DNA of 64,000 bases, from the NCBI GenBank assembly GCA_035084275.1, contig CM068748.1, forward strand, positions 806,001 to 870,000. Reading direction: 5' to 3'. Positions 63,001-64,000 of this stretch are shown here, piece after piece. The translations under genes were made by a program, and so were the position numbers. Numbering within the stretch: the first letter of the stretch is position 1; every line of letters starts with the position of its first letter. The DNA comes from Hydrolagus colliei. Lineage: Eukaryota. A model generated the notes under the pieces. It did not search any database and was not told the origin of the DNA. It saw only the letters and a program-made list of their open reading frames with translations.

Positions 63001-64000
63001 GAAATCCACAGGCCGCATAAGCAATATTTTTGTGTTTCCCTTCCAGAAATTTAATCCACAAGATCCATATAGAATTCCTATGTTTTAAGGAATGTGCTAC
63101 TGTATAACTTGATTTCACTATATTTTAGTTACAATGCAACCTTTAAATAGGCAATGTAAAAATTCCTAACTTTTTAAGACAATAATACATTTTCATCAGT
63201 AAAGTACATGTATGCTGGAATCATCTCTAAATCCAGAGTGCAAAATGAAAGTGAAAGAAATAATGGAAATTAACTTGACTCACATATTCCTATGTATTAA
63301 AATCACATGCAAGATATCAACTCAGTATATGTAGATCCCTGCAGGGAAAGCTCAACAAAACCAAAACAGATTAATCCATAATCCAAAATTAACAAAAGGG
63401 GCAAAATGTTTTCCATTAGTTGCAATAAACCCGTGATTCACTTCTCACTTTTATTGAAATCCTCTATTTTCCACCATCTATCTTGCATTTCTTATTGATA
63501 GTCTTGTTTTAGAATTACGAAATACGCAACAAGACCTTTTTGAATATACCGCGCTGTGTTGCTCGCTCTTCGTGTCGCTCTCTCATCCCCTGGGCCGAAT
63601 GTGGCCCCTGGGCCACCAATTAGACCACCCTGCTTGAAGACACTGTTTACTAACTTGCGCCAAAATGACAGCAGACTCAGACATTTCTCCACAAGACTGA
63701 CCGATCGACTGCTATCCACAGATAAACATGGGTGGCAATTTTAATCACTGGGAATAAAAGTTTCAGAACCACAAATATAGTTTCTAAAAGGGAGTTAAAA
63801 CAAGGAAACTCAAACAGAATGACAAGAGAAAGAAAAAATATCTATACACAAATATGCAGACTAACTTTAAAAAAAACTGACATTGCAACTCCAATGAATT
63901 AGAAGAAAAAATGATAAATTGTACACTTTAGATAATCTTTTTCTAAGAATATGATCATGCTTATTAGTTTTATAGTTTAAATGTGCACAGCGTTTCTCAA

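Larger units (their letters stand above)
32982..64000 (-). other. VTI1A: VTI1A intron upstream of exon 4, continuing beyond the right edge
   Basis: There is an AG acceptor at 32983-32982. No sequence encoding the previous exon (LEQMDLEVRE...KLETDF) was found by eye. Confidence 0.72.

Noticed and set aside
63492-63744. Overlapping GC-richer ORFs near the right edge as VTI1A exon 3
   Set aside because: They do not encode LEQMDLEVRE...KLETDF and have no matching splice boundaries. An old repeat remnant or non-coding element is more likely.
1-64000. Dispersed near-identical repeats as a CRISPR-like array or prokaryotic defence system
   Set aside because: The repeats are irregularly spaced retroposons in both orientations inside a spliced vertebrate gene. 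There is no repeat-spacer periodicity, operon or cas-like ORF.

Overview
This is AT-rich vertebrate genomic DNA, not prokaryotic, so the ORF track is essentially noise. The repeat content (tRNA-headed SINEs sharing a 3' half with SacSINE1/DeuSINE, L2 and CR1 3' ends, Penelope-type tails) points to a cartilaginous fish, probably a chimaera such as Callorhinchus; that assignment is inference. The window lies inside the SNARE gene VTI1A on the minus strand. Three coding exons with canonical AG/GT boundaries are readable: exon 4 (32981-32898, KRSRIAYSDEVNLRNELLGDDGNTSENQ), the 21-nt neural vti1a-beta microexon (30786-30766, LIKLREE) and exon 5 (28127-28043, RALLLDNTERLERSSRRLEAGYQITVET). Exon numbering follows human, and I did not find exons 3 or 6. 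The rest is intron. About 25 copies or fragments of one young SINE family cluster in the left 17 kb, while long repeat-poor tracts contain candidate conserved non-coding elements, consistent with the known VTI1A-TCF7L2 neighbourhood. The most interesting leads are the conserved microexon, an in-frame read-through of the exon 5 donor that could give a soluble VTI1A isoform lacking the transmembrane anchor, inverted SINEs bracketing the exon cluster, degenerate Penelope hammerhead relics and two perfect hairpins/palindromes. I see no evidence for a wholly new multi-gene system.
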